NCBI RefSeq assembly: GCF_009914755.1
Contig: NC_060925.1
Strand: one strand, 5' to 3'
Length of the DNA stretch: 64,000 bases
Source of the DNA: the human T2T-CHM13v2.0 reference genome, Homo sapiens
Positions 52,601-64,000 of the stretch are shown piece by piece. The position numbers and the translations under genes were made by a program. The notes beneath the pieces are model-generated. The model was not told the origin of the DNA. It was given only the letters and a program-made list of their open reading frames with translations, and made no database searches. Every line of letters starts with the position of its first letter. Position 1 is the stretch's first letter.

Positions 52601-53280
52601 AAGAAAGCAATGCTGGTGAGGCAGTGGAGAAACAGGAATGTTTTTACATTGTTGGTGGGAATGTAAATTAGTTCAACCATTGTGGAAGACAGTGTGGTGA
52701 TTCCTCAAAGATCTAGAACCAGAAATAACATTTGACCCAGCAATCCCATTACTGGGTATATACTCAAAGGAATATAAATTATTATATTATAAAGATGCAT
52801 GCATGCATATGTTCATTGCAGCACTATTACAATAGCAAAGACATGGAATCAACCAAAATGCCTATCAATGATGGACTAGATAAAGAAAATGTGGTGCATA
52901 TACACCATGGAATACCATGCAGCCATAAAAAGGTATGAGATCAGGTCCTTCGCATGGATGTGGATGGAGCTGGAAGCCATTATCCTCAGCAAACTAATGC
53001 AGGAACAGAACACCAAACACCACATATTATCTTATAAGTGGGAGCTGAACAATGTGAACACATAGATACAGGGAGGGAACAACATACACTGGGGCCTGTT
53101 GAGGGGAGAGAGGCAGGGGAAATGAGAGCATCAGGAAAAATAGTGAATGTGTGCTGGGCTTAATACCTAGGTAATGGGTTGATAGGTGCAGCAAATCACC
53201 ATGGTACACATTTACCTATGTAACAAACCTGCACATCTGGCACAGTACCCCGCAATTTAAAATGAAATAAAATTAAATGG
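46681..53280 (+). mobile_element. Full-length L1PA8A-L1PA11 (L1PA10-like), inactive
   Basis: 5'UTR GGCCAAGATGGC (YY1 site); ORF1 remnants ~47860-48905; ORF2 [19 protein letters not shown] from ~48920; RT segment 50852-51910 with FADD changed to FAND; 3'UTR and A-rich tail; degenerate TSD aagatgaagttatta/aagatgagctcatta. Confidence 0.93.
49044..49348 (-). mobile_element. AluY inserted in L1 ORF2 endonuclease region
   Basis: Perfect 15-bp TSD CAGTGTGCTGTATTC at 49029-49043 and 49349-49363. Confidence 0.96.
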
Positions 53281-54294
53281 AAGATGAGCTCATTACGGTG
53301 AGCCCTAATCCAGTATGATTGATGTCTTTACAAAAAAAAGTGGGGGAGAATTTGGACACAGACTTAGGCACAGAGGGAGGACTATATGAACATTGGAGCA
53401 ACCCTGCCACAAGCTAAGGAACATCTAGGGCTACCAGAAGTTGGAAGAGGCAAGACAGGATCCTTGCCCTACAGGTTTCAGAGGAAGCTGCCTGGCCCTG
53501 CTGACACCTTTATTTTGGATTTCTGGCCTCCAGAACTGTGAGACAATAAGTTTCTGTTGTATATAGATTTGATGTAGAAAAAAAATATAGACCTGATTTA
53601 ATTTTTAAATTGGTATAATTTCAAAACATTAGTGTTTTACTAGCTGCAATAAATTACTTGCTGTGCAGTTACAACTGATTTAAGCCACCAGTGGGTCACA
53701 ACACAATGGGAAAAACTGCCACACCGCAGGGTATTCTGTGTTGTGCCTCAGAGAAATTTGAAATCGAATTTATAAAAGTTATTCACTTGGACCACAGTAA
53801 TCTGGCATCTATAAAAATGTATACAGTCTATCAATAATCTTAACAGGATTGGGGAGGGGGTCAGAAAACAGATGGTCAAACTACTAGTGGCTCCCCACTT
53901 CCTACAGGGCAATATCCAAACTCCTTAGCCAAGCATGAAATGCCCTTTGCAATCTGATCACCGCCTATTTTCCAGATTCATCTTTGCCAAATCCCCTCAC
54001 ACCTGCCTTGTTCCATCTGGAGCTGATCTGGTGCCCCCCACCCAAGTGTTTTCATGTCAAGGTACACACAGAAGATGATAATATTTGAGGGTGCACTGGG
54101 AAAACAGACAAAGCTGTGTCTGATGACAGCTGGCTTGGGAGCTCCAGTCGCCCCAGACCCCACCTGGCAGCCCAAAAGGCTAAAAAGATCAATAAATTGG
54201 TAAACCTGTACATATTCAAAGCATCTCAGGATACCACCACACACTACTCAGTTAGGAAGCCCTATTCTAAATCCACTATAATCCTTCTCTAACC

Positions 54295-54681
54295 TATGAT
54301 GGTTTGAATGTTGTGTCTCCTCCAAAATTCATGTTGCAACTTAACCCCCAATATAACAGTATTAAGAGGTAGGACCTTTTGGTGGTGATAGACCATGACA
54401 GCTCTGCTGTCATGGATGAATTAGTGCCTTGTAAAAGGGCTTGAGGGGGCAAGTTACCCTTCCTGTCCCTTCTACCATGTGAGGACACGGTGTTCCTGCC
54501 CTCCAGAGGACGCAGCAACATGTTGCCATCTTGGAGGCAGAGAGCAGCCCTCACCAGACACCAAATCTGCTGGTGCCTTGATCTTGGACTTCCCAGCTTC
54601 CAGAACTGTGGAAAATAAATATTCTTTATAAATTACCTACTCTCTAGTATTTTATTATAGCAGCACAAACAGAGTAGGACA
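54295..54681 (+). mobile_element. MST-family (MSTC/D-like) MaLR LTR
   Basis: atggtttgaatgttgtgtctcctccaaaattcatgttg...ttttattatagcagcacaaacagagtaggaca. Confidence 0.8.
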
Positions 54682-54949
54682 GTGCCTTTGTTTTCATTCA
54701 GGAAGTCCTACCTCTCACCAAGTTCACCACTCCTCCACCTTGCAAACTGCTATTTATCCTTCAAAACCCAGCCCAATGACCATTTCATCTATGACGTCTT
54801 TCCACCTCCCCTCTGCTATACTCCCACTGTACCCAGTAACAAGATCCATGTCATGGTCCTTGCCATGTGGGGCTGCCATTGCAGCTGGCTCACCTAGAAT
54901 GTGGTCTTCCAGGGTCCAGGAACCATTAGGAGCCAACTGGGCCTATAGT

Positions 54950-55290
54950 GATACAGCACATATTTATTGATCTCCTGTTAGAGGCAAGGCAGTGGGCCAG
55001 GCATAGGGACTCAAGGGTAGACATGGACAAGGAGGGTCCCTGCCCTCCTAGAGCTCATAGCCCAGTGAGGGAGATGGACATTAAACTGCCTTCCATGCAA
55101 TTGATTACTTCATTACAATGGTGGGACATGTTTCAAAAGAGAAGTACAAGCATCAATAAATGCACATAAGTTGACCTGATCTACTTTAAGAGTCATGGAA
55201 AGCTTCCTTGAAGAGGTGGCATGTAACAGATGAGCTTCAAAGGATAAATAGGAATTAAGTGAAGAGAAAATGGGTGTGAAGTAAGCATTC
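54950..55290 (-). mobile_element. L2 fragment
   Basis: catatttattga...ggtccctgccctcctagagctcatag...atggaaagcttccttgaagaggtggca. Confidence 0.7.
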
Positions 55291-55607
55291 CGTGTTCCAA
55301 ACCAAGCATTCTGGTTCTTGACATCTTCACATCCACAGGCCTGGCCAAGGCAGATGCTAAATAAATATTTACTGATTTAAATTCTTTGAAAAGTTTGAGT
55401 ACCTTTAAGCACTTTTTCTCTGAGTGGGTTCTTCCAAAATAATAATTATTATTTTGGAAACTCTTTTCAATAATTCAAATGTACAAATATTTATTGAAAC
55501 ATTATTATATAATGCAAGTCTCCTAGAGCTCAAGGCAAAAAGATGAGCAAGAATTTTCCAGGCAAAGAAGATAGAAGAAGGTATTCCAAGCAAAGTAGAA
55601 ACCACAT

Positions 55608-55641
55608 GTGCGTGCACACACACACACACACACACACACAC
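55608..55641. repeat. (CA)n microsatellite
   Basis: Read directly. Confidence 0.95.
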
Positions 55642-55739
55642 AATTATGAAAGCAAGAAAGCACACAGTGTGGTCTGGAAATAGCATGGAATTTGGTTCTG
55701 ATGAGTAAGGGACCTTGGTAAGGAACAAAGAGATCAGGG

Positions 55740-56290
55740 TGTATATAAGTTATCTATTGCTGAATAAGAAATTACTCCCAACAACACACATTTATTATTT
55801 CACAGTCTGTGGGGTCATGAAGCCAGGCATGGCTTAGCTGGGCGTTCATTACCAGCTTCAGGGTCTCTTGCAAGGCTGCAACCAAGGCCTTGGCCCTGAG
55901 ACTCTCACAAGGCCTTACCCAAGATACCTGCTAGAGCCGCAGTCATCTCAAGATTTGATTGAGGTAGGATCTGCTTCCAAGACCATTCAGTGGTTGTCAG
56001 CACTCATAGGCTGTTGGCAGGATGCAGTTCCTTGTGGGCTGTTGGGCTGAGGGATTCAGTTCCTTGCCATGTGAGCGTCTCTGACATGGTAACTGGCTTC
56101 ACCAATGGAAAGAGAAAGAGAGAGGCAGAGACAGAGACAGAGAGGCTGCTGGCAAGACAGAAATTATAGTCTTTTGTAGCCCAATCACAGAAGTGATATC
56201 CCATCTCTTTTTCTCTCTTTTATTCATTGAAAGCAGTTCACTAGGTTCAGCCCATATGCAAGGAATGATAGGAGTCAGAGGTCACTGGGG
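55740..56290 (-). mobile_element. MLT1 (F/G/H-like) LTR
   Basis: gttatctattgctgaataagaaattactcc...catttattatttcacagtctgtggggtca...ggcttagctggg. Confidence 0.7.
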
Positions 56291-57052
56291 ACCCAATGGA
56301 AGAATCGGAAGAAGAGGAAACAGCATAGGAGCCAGTGGCAAGGGCAGGGCAATCGGTAAGACTATCATGAGGCCCCAGTGACAGGAGACCCTGAGAAAGA
56401 GCATCCAAGAAAGGATGGCGTCACCAGCATCAATGCTGGAGGGAGGCCTAGGAGACAACTGCAGAGAAGGTCATTGAAAATGTCACTGATGTCACTGGAG
56501 GGAATTCAGTGGAGGGATGTGGAAACCAGATTATGCGTGCAGGACAGAGGGCATGCAAGGTGAGGGGACAGAGAGAAAACTAGTGTCTTCAAAGAAATGG
56601 GGCAGTCAAGGCAAGAGCTGGCATAGAGCAGCCTCTTAAGAAGAGATTCTTAGGCTGGAAGAGAGCTGGATGCGTTCACAGCAAGGAGGGCAGGGGGTGG
56701 AGGTAGAGACTGGAAAAAGCCAAAGGCACAAGAGAGAAAAGGGGCAATGTCTATTTTTGTGTAAGATTCCCAAAGAGCTCAGGCAGACTAATAACAGGAA
56801 TTTAGACCTGGAGGGGACAGAGAAGACATCTGGTTTTCCTCCTCTTCCGACTCCTCAGTTACTGCTACCAGCTCTACTCTGTGCCCATCCTAGGAGCAGT
56901 TGGTTCTCTTCCCTCCCGTTCCTGTCCAAACCCTTCCCTTCTAACACTTCCTCTAAGCTGGCTTGGCCACTCCCATGGTTTCAGCATGCTATCACACCTG
57001 GCCCCAGCTCACCCCTCTGGCTTCACATACATCCATAACCCCACTCCACCCC

Positions 57053-57054
<2 letters not shown>

Positions 57055-57090
<36 letters not shown>
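57055..57090. repeat. (AC)18 microsatellite
   Basis: Read directly. Confidence 0.95.
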
Positions 57091-57092
<2 letters not shown>

Positions 57093-57436
57093 TATCCTCT
57101 AGCCATTCTGAACCTTAATAATTCTTCAAAGCTGTGAAGCTCTTTGTCTCTGGTCCCTGGGATGTCCTGTGTGCTGTGCTCTCTGCTTGGAATACTCTTT
57201 TCACACCCCTCTTCACATGACCAGATCTCAGCTTAGATGCAACCTCCTCCAGGAAGCCTTCCTGAACCCCCACTGTGTAATCCCACAGGACAGTAAACTC
57301 TGAATTGCAGTTGCCTTTTTACTTGTTGGCCTTCTACTGGACAGAAAACTCTGTGAGAGCAGAGGCCGTACCTATGGTAGTCACCATAGCTTCAGCATCT
57401 AGTACAGCGGTTGGCTCCACACAAATTTATTGAGAG

Positions 57437-57915
57437 TAGCAGATGCTCTGGTGCATGGCCATTATCTCCACGCAACCTGCCCTTCAGGACTGAGGTGAAG
57501 GGCTGAGGTATGGAATTCTCTCCACTGCTGATGGCTCTCAGCTGAGTCCATTTCTGGGCATTGCTCCAGACTGAAAGGAGCTAGCTTCCCAAGGGCCACA
57601 TCCCTTCCTGAGAGCAGCCATGGGTCCAATGCCTACTGGCACAGGGATGCAAGAATATAAAGACCTGGAGACCTGGCCCCCTTGCCTCAATTTGGGACAA
57701 TTATGAGGAGCCATCCAAGCTTCCAAGCCTCCTGTGGGATCAGCAGGGGCCTCACTGTGAATAACATCACAGTTCAACTGCCCCCCTCTACCCAATCCTG
57801 CTTCCCTCATTCCCCCACAGATGTTGACCCAGAGAGCACTCCTCAATAAACCTGCAAATCTGCCTGCAAATCTTTATCTCAGAGTTGGTTTCCCAGGGAA
57901 CCTGACCTGAGGCTA
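57437..57915 (+). mobile_element. LTR16-family ERVL solo LTR
   Basis: gagagcactcctcaataaacctgcaaatct...tctcagagttggtttcccagggaacctgacct 3' end. Confidence 0.75.
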
Positions 57916-59242
57916 GTGGATACACACAAATGAATTTGTCCAAATCACTCCCCCACAGTAAGAATGCAGCAGGAATGCCCACCACAATGTTTCCAGGCAA
58001 GCTCCTATGGTAGCAGATAGTGGGCCTTCAGGAGATATTGATTGAATGAATCAATCTGGTCATTGAGCCCTTGAATTCTTCCTGTGACTCTCAACACACA
58101 CTTGATGAATCTGGTTTGAATTACAGTGCTGTATTTCTTTGGAAGTACAAAAAACTTGATTTATACAATTTTTATAGTTCATTCAGTTGGTTGGTTAGGA
58201 TGAGTCTATCTGAGCACAGTATAGTTGAATTCTGCTGCTATTGCTAGAAAAGAAAGCATAATGCCAAGGCCGCTCTCAAAGGACCTTTCTTTAGACCTAG
58301 TAAACCAAGACTGAAGGCAGAGGTTCCAGAATGGGTGATATGGACCAGAATCCTGGTGCTACTTACCTTGCCAGGGAGCACATAAAGAGAGTCTGTGGTG
58401 GCCAATGTCCATGGAGAGGTGTGCTTTTGGAGGACAGATTCATCCAGGAGTGGGTGAACCAGCACAGCATGTTCAGAGATCAAGGGCCCTACTGTTGGCT
58501 CACGAGTAGAAGAACACCCAGCCAGCACTTCCCTAAGGGCAAACCATTCTCAGCCCTGAATGTGAACAGCACGTACCAAACTCAGAAATTCATCTCAAAA
58601 CTAGTGGTTTCATCCACTTGATTGATGTTCTCTTTGCCCTCTAGGTCAACCACGCTTACGTCTACATCTGTGATTAGAGCTATGACCCACTGAAGTCAAT
58701 GGAAAAGAAAAGAGAGGATAATTTTTGTGTCTATTCCACGTGTGACTTGAAAGTTTACCACCACTCTTGCCGTACCTTTCATCTGAGGATCTCCTAAATA
58801 CGTTTGTGGCGTCATTCATTAATTCCTTTCACTTCTCTCTAAAGCACTATTATTCTTCTCCTGAGACGGAGTACTTTCAGGCTCAGAGGGGATGAGCAAT
58901 TGGCTCAGGTGGAAGCATTCGATGCCAGAAACACAACTCGGAACTCCCAATCCTTAGCCTGCCTTGCTGGGCTAGCTTGTTCTGGACTGCTTCCCAACTA
59001 CAGATTCACAAACCTCCCGTCTGTTCTAATTCTGCCTCTAAGAATTCACACCTGAGGGTGTGACAACCCTTTCTTTGCCTGATAATTTATATAACATGCA
59101 ATTTCCATATTTTGCTATCTTAAAAGTAAGCATGTTATACAAATTTATGGTATTTATTTTCAAGCATGTTCTTAGATACTGCAATTCAGACTAAATCTAA
59201 AGTTATTTATCATAGTAATTCAGAACTGCTGTTATAGCACTA

Positions 59243-59583
59243 GGTTTGCTGCAGATGTAATTAGTTAAGATGAGATTATACAGTAGAGTGGGCCCCTAAT
59301 CCAATATGACTGATGTCCTTATAAAAAGGGGAAATGTGAACATAGACACGCACTCAGGGAGGACGCCATGTTATGCTGCAGTAGTTATGCTGCCACAAGC
59401 CGAGGAATCCGCAGAAGCTGGGAGGGTGGAACAGACCACCCCTTGTGCCTTGAGAGGGAGCACGGCCTTGTGGACACCTTGATTTCAGACCCCTGGCCTC
59501 CAGGACTGTGCAACCATACACTGCTGTTGTTCTAAGCCACCCGGTTTGTGGTACTTTGTTCTGGCATCTGGGAGACTAATACA
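59243..59583 (+). mobile_element. MLT1B/C LTR, partial
   Basis: gcagatgtaattagttaagatgag...gggcccctaatccaatatgactgatgtccttataaaaagggg...actaataca. Confidence 0.8.
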
Positions 59584-60839
59584 ACAGCAGTACTCAACAT
59601 ATCTCTAATGTTTGCAATGTTAAAACCGTAACAGTGGTCACCTGTTTATAACCAAAAGCGAAAGGATGGACATGAGCTGAGTGGTGGGGAGAATGAGTTG
59701 GGGCCTATGGAGTGTGTTATAACAGCGTGAGTGGACTAAGGTGGAGAGAGGGAGAGAAACAAGGTAAAAATAAAAATCAGACAAGGAGTTCAGGATAGGG
59801 CTTGACAGGGCAGTAGATGAAGGGTTAGGATGAGAACTATTACCTTCCATGGCTCCTCCAACTCCACAAGCTAGAGGCTCCAGGTGGTTCTTCCCTTGTG
59901 TGAGCTGCCACCTGCTGCTACCACCAAATAAGGGAACACAGCTACCCCAGGAGAGAGGTGTGCCCCACGCTCCCCCACTCCCCAGCTGCTTGCTTGCCTG
60001 CCTGCCTGCCTCTCAGCCTCAGGAGGTCCCACCTGCCAGCCGCCGGTGGAGGGAGCAGGTGCAGGCAGAGGTGAGTGTCACATCCCCCCATCTCTCCTGC
60101 AGCTCCCAGACTGATTGATGATTAAACCTGAGCATGAAAGAGGAAGAGGACTAGGAAGTTCAGAAAATGTCACTCATTCATCAGAACATCTGCGAATAAA
60201 GCAGAGGTCTGAGGAGTAATATATTCCTTGAAAAGCTGCAACATACAAGGACAGTGCTGTGAGAGGACCAGATGCTGTGAGACCCACAGCATAAGTGACA
60301 CATTCCATGTTTCCTTCCAACACCCAAAGGCACAATAGTGAGACTGGCCTGCTGTGTGTGTCCCACTGTCTGATTCCTCCAGCAATCCTGCCTTTCCCTG
60401 ACCCTGCTCATGGTAATACACCTCACGTGGATGCTTCAGCTCTAGAGTCAAACTTTAGAAGCATGCAAAGATGTGAGGTCTACGAACATCATGTAACTGG
60501 GGAATCACCTCAAACAATTTCATGTCAAGTAAAAAAGAATCAATCATACCAATAGGCAATGTCTCCGTAATAAAAGAACTGAATAGTTCCTCCTAGAAAC
60601 TGTGTCTGCCAATACTTTTTATTCCTACTTTTTTTTCCCATTAAGACCCAAGTCTATGTCTTTACTTTCTGGTCTAAATTATAGAATGTATTAGTTTACA
60701 ACCAAAGTGAGCACTTCCCTTACTTGGCTGGTGCCTCAGCCTCTCAGGAAGGTCCTAAGGAATCCACTAGGTTGGAGGTTCTCAACCCTTGTGGATCTCC
60801 AAGCTGAGAAATACAACCCCCTCCAGTCAGCAGCTGTGG

Positions 60840-61211
60840 GCAACAGCTGAACTGTGTCCCCCACCCCCCAAATTCATATGTTGAAGCCCTAAGCCCCGAT
60901 ATGACTGTCTTTGTAGATAGGGGCTTTAAAGAGGTAATTAAGGTTACATGAGGACATAAGGGTGGGTCCAGTACACTGGTGTCCTTATAAGAAGAGGAGG
61001 AGACACCAGGGTGCAGGTGCACAGAGAAAAGACCACAGGAGGACACAGGAGGCGGCTGTCTGCAAGCCAAAGAGAGCAGCCACAGGAGAAACCAACTTGT
61101 AACACCTTGATCTTGGACTTCCAGCTTCCAGAACTTCGAGAAAATGGATTTCCGTTGTTTAAGCCACCCAGTCTGTGGTATTTTATTACAGCATCGCTAG
61201 CAAATGAATAC
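60840..61211 (+). mobile_element. MLT1A0-like LTR
   Basis: ctgaactgtgtcccc...aattcatatgttgaagcccta...tttaagccacccagtctgtggtattt. Confidence 0.85.
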
Positions 61212-61614
61212 CAATGGTAATTTTCAACCTTCATTCATTCACTCAGCAAAGGAGCAGCCACTCAGTGCCAGGCACTCTTCTGGGTACTAAGAATACAGCA
61301 ATAAACAAAAGAGACAGAGCCATGGAGGAGGAGAAGCATGGGAGCCTTCCTAAAATGCAATATTAGAATCTTCTGCTGGGGACAAGTAGAGTTTGAAAAG
61401 GTATGCATGCAGGATCTAGTTTAGACTTCAGGAGCCACCTTCCCAGTCCTTGCCCCTCACCCCTGCCCCAACGATCACTGCACCAGACTGACGTGTTGAG
61501 GACAGGAACTGCATTGTCATCTTTTTAAACAGAGTCTGGGATGCAGGCAATGTCAAGAAGGCATCCTCTCTTCCCTGTGCCAGGGACCCGATTCCCCAGC
61601 ACCCCTGCTTTCAC

Positions 61615-61783
61615 CTGAGGTTCTCAGCACAGGGCACCTGCACCAGCAACATCAGCAGCCCCCAGGAACTTGTTAGAAACACAAATTCTCAGGCCCCACC
61701 TCTACCCTCTTGGATCACAAATTCTAGGGACCCAGCCCAAGCCTCCAAATGATTCTTAGGCAGATGAAAGTTTGAGAACCACT
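61615..61783 (+). mobile_element. MER5A hAT MITE
   Basis: ggttctcagc...cagcaacatcagca...gaacttgttagaaa..caaattctcaggccccacc...aagtttgagaaccactg. Confidence 0.85.
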
Positions 61784-62629
61784 GTTATCCACCCTCTGGC
61801 ATTCACCCTGACCCACAACTTGGTTCTCGCTGCTCTCCTCCTCCTCCTTCTCATAACAGCAGCAATCTGTTTCTTCTGCCTTCTGTATGCCTGGCCCGGT
61901 GTGAGACATTCCACATGCTGGCTCGAAGACCATCAGTACTCACAAGGTTGAGAAAATCATCCCCATTTACTGAGGAGGAAACTGAGGTTCAAAGAGGCTT
62001 AGTCACTTGTCCACAAGCTCTCAGCTAAGTAATGGGATCTGGACTCAAAAAGGCCAAAGTGCACACTTTTTCTTCAGGCCTTTCCTATTTCACTGTCCTG
62101 TTCTCTCTCCCTATTACTGTCACTCACTCTATTTTCTTTTCTTTTTTTGACATATCATTGCACCACACAATAATCAGCTCCTACCTGGTCTAATGGGAAT
62201 CAGCTCACCTGAGCCTTTTGTGATCTCATATCCAGGGCTTAGCAAGAGCCACATTCTGAAAGTAACACTGGTTGATTTCTGTGTACTCAGAAGGCCCATT
62301 TACACTTTAACATGAGCCCTCCTTCCTTGCTGCATGGTGCATTACTAAATTCCCTATAGATATTTGGGAAAATTTGATATTCTTCCCTTCTTTATAGGAG
62401 AAAAAGTATCTACTATAAAGAAAGAAACTAAAAACAGTCTGCTACTAGTTATGGGAGCAGGAATATGAATACTATAAAATCATATTTTCTATTGCCATTT
62501 TAGACTTGCATTTGGGGAGCAGAAAGGTCTGAGTGAATGAATCTGCAGTCTGGTGAAGGTGCAATGCCTAGCAAAGAAGCAAGGCAGGGCTTTGTGTCTG
62601 CTCTAAGCCAATCTTTAAGAAACAATGGT

Positions 62630-63283
62630 ATGTATTGGAAGGATGTGGAGAAACAGGAAGACTCTGACATTGTTGACAGTAAGGTAAAATGGTGCAACCA
62701 CTTGGGAAAACAATTTGGCAGTTTCTTAAAACGTTAAACATAAAACTTACCCTGGGACCCAGGAATTCCCTAGTAAGTATCTAAGAGAAACGAAAAAATA
62801 TGTCCACGTAAAGACTTGTAATTGACTGTTTATGGTAGTATTATTCATAATAGCCAAAAGGTATAAACAGCCCAAATGTCTATCTACTGGTGAATGGATA
62901 AACAAAACAAGGGATATTCATCCAATAGAATACAGTAGGTAGTATAATGAAACATACTGATACATGCTACAATGCGATGAATGTCAAAGGCATTCTACTA
63001 AGTGGAAAAAAAGAGACACAAAGACTACCTATTATATGACTCTATATGAAATGCCCAAATAAGGCAGATCTATAGCGACAGAAAGTAGACTAGTGATTGC
63101 CTGGGTCTGGGGATGGGGTGAAGATTGCCTACAATTGGGCACAACAGATCTTTTGGGGATGACGGAAATATTCTAAAACTGCAATGTGTGTTGGTTGCAC
63201 GACTCTGAAATCATTATATTACACAATTAAAATTGGTTAATTTTATGGTGTCAAATTATACTTCAATAAAGTTGTTATTAAAA
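62630..63283 (+). mobile_element. L1MB/L1ME-type 3' end
   Basis: ggatgtggagaaacaggaa...ttgggaaaacaatttggcagtttctt...aaattatacttcaataaagttg. Confidence 0.85.
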
Positions 63284-64000
63284 TGGGGAAAGGGTGTGAA
63301 TGGAACCGTCTGAGGGCCATGGGCTCGAGCTGTTTGATTCAGTATAACCAAGGCTTATTAACCCTAAACCACATGTCAGCGACAAGAAGTAGCAAGCTGT
63401 TTTCTTCTTTGATAAATCCCTTGACAGACAATTCAGAGGAACAGTCTCCTTGGAGCAGAGGTTCTGCTGCCAAGCAAATACTCCATGAGGAATGTTAGGA
63501 GGATGGGCCTGCTGGTGTCTGGGCCAGCAGGAGAGAAAGCAAGGCAAGACCAGTGCAAACCGTGCCCAGCAGGGCTAAAGTGGGTATCGTTGCACAGCTG
63601 GGCAAGCTTGAGAGAGGCCTGGCTCAGAAGCACACATCAGGATTCGCTTCTGCAAGGTGTGGGTGAGCTCTGGCAAGCTGGGCCCAGAGGCAAGGAGAGA
63701 AGCAAAGTCCTCCCCTTGTGAGAACAGTGAGGGTGGAAAGCAAACAACAAGAGGAAGAAGGTACGTGTCTCCAAAGGGAGCAAGCTCTTACAGGGAGCTT
63801 GGCAACATTTGCATCAGCCTGGTAAAACATCGAAATAACAACACCTAAAATAGCCCTATAGGAACCTTGTCAGAAAATAAAGGCAAGATTCCTGAAGGAC
63901 TCTGCCTTCATCCCCACGGAGCTGGGAAGCAAACGGGGAAATGCAAACCCCATTTATAGGGTCACATTTGGAGGAGCCGGCTCCGTCGGGGGCAGGAGGG

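Larger units (their letters stand above)
46542..53560 (+). mobile_element. MLT1B/C LTR split by full-length L1 (pieces 46542-46666 and 53281-53560)
   Basis: tgttatggattgaatggtgtcc...gttaagatga resumes after the L1 as aagatgag..catta.ggtgagccctaatcc. Confidence 0.8.

Noticed and set aside
63949-63961. CArG-like ccatttatagg near the GC-rich right edge
   Set aside because: Seven A/T bases between CC and GG, so not a canonical CArG box; context is cut by the window end.

Overview
Primate (human-like) genomic DNA: AluY, L1PA and HERV-W are present. No protein-coding exon can be supported. The left end (~540-1490) is a CpG-island promoter with a non-coding first exon on the minus strand (donor GAAG|GTAGGG at 981/980). 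From memory, this arrangement (minus-strand TSS with a ~5.9 kb HERV-W retrocopy ~25.5 kb away) matches HIVEP3/Schnurri-3 at 1p34.2; this needs BLAT confirmation. The rest is repeat-rich: an L1-mobilised HERV-W processed pseudogene (~27027-32909; 5'-truncated, pol-env deletion, env TM frame still open, U3-R, A-tail, TSD), a full-length decayed L1PA10-like element inside an MLT1 LTR (~46681-53280), a ~6 kb old L1M on the minus strand, a decayed ERVL/LTR16 element, a twin-primed L1PA, four full Alus, and MaLR, DNA-transposon, L2, MIR and L3 fossils. I found no clearly new biological system. The best leads are the open HERV-W TM frame, a candidate second first exon, a duplicated AP-1/ARE unit, an AP-1/RUNX/ETS motif cluster and several retrotransposition or template-switch scars. 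Repeat subfamily names and boundaries were assigned by eye and are approximate.
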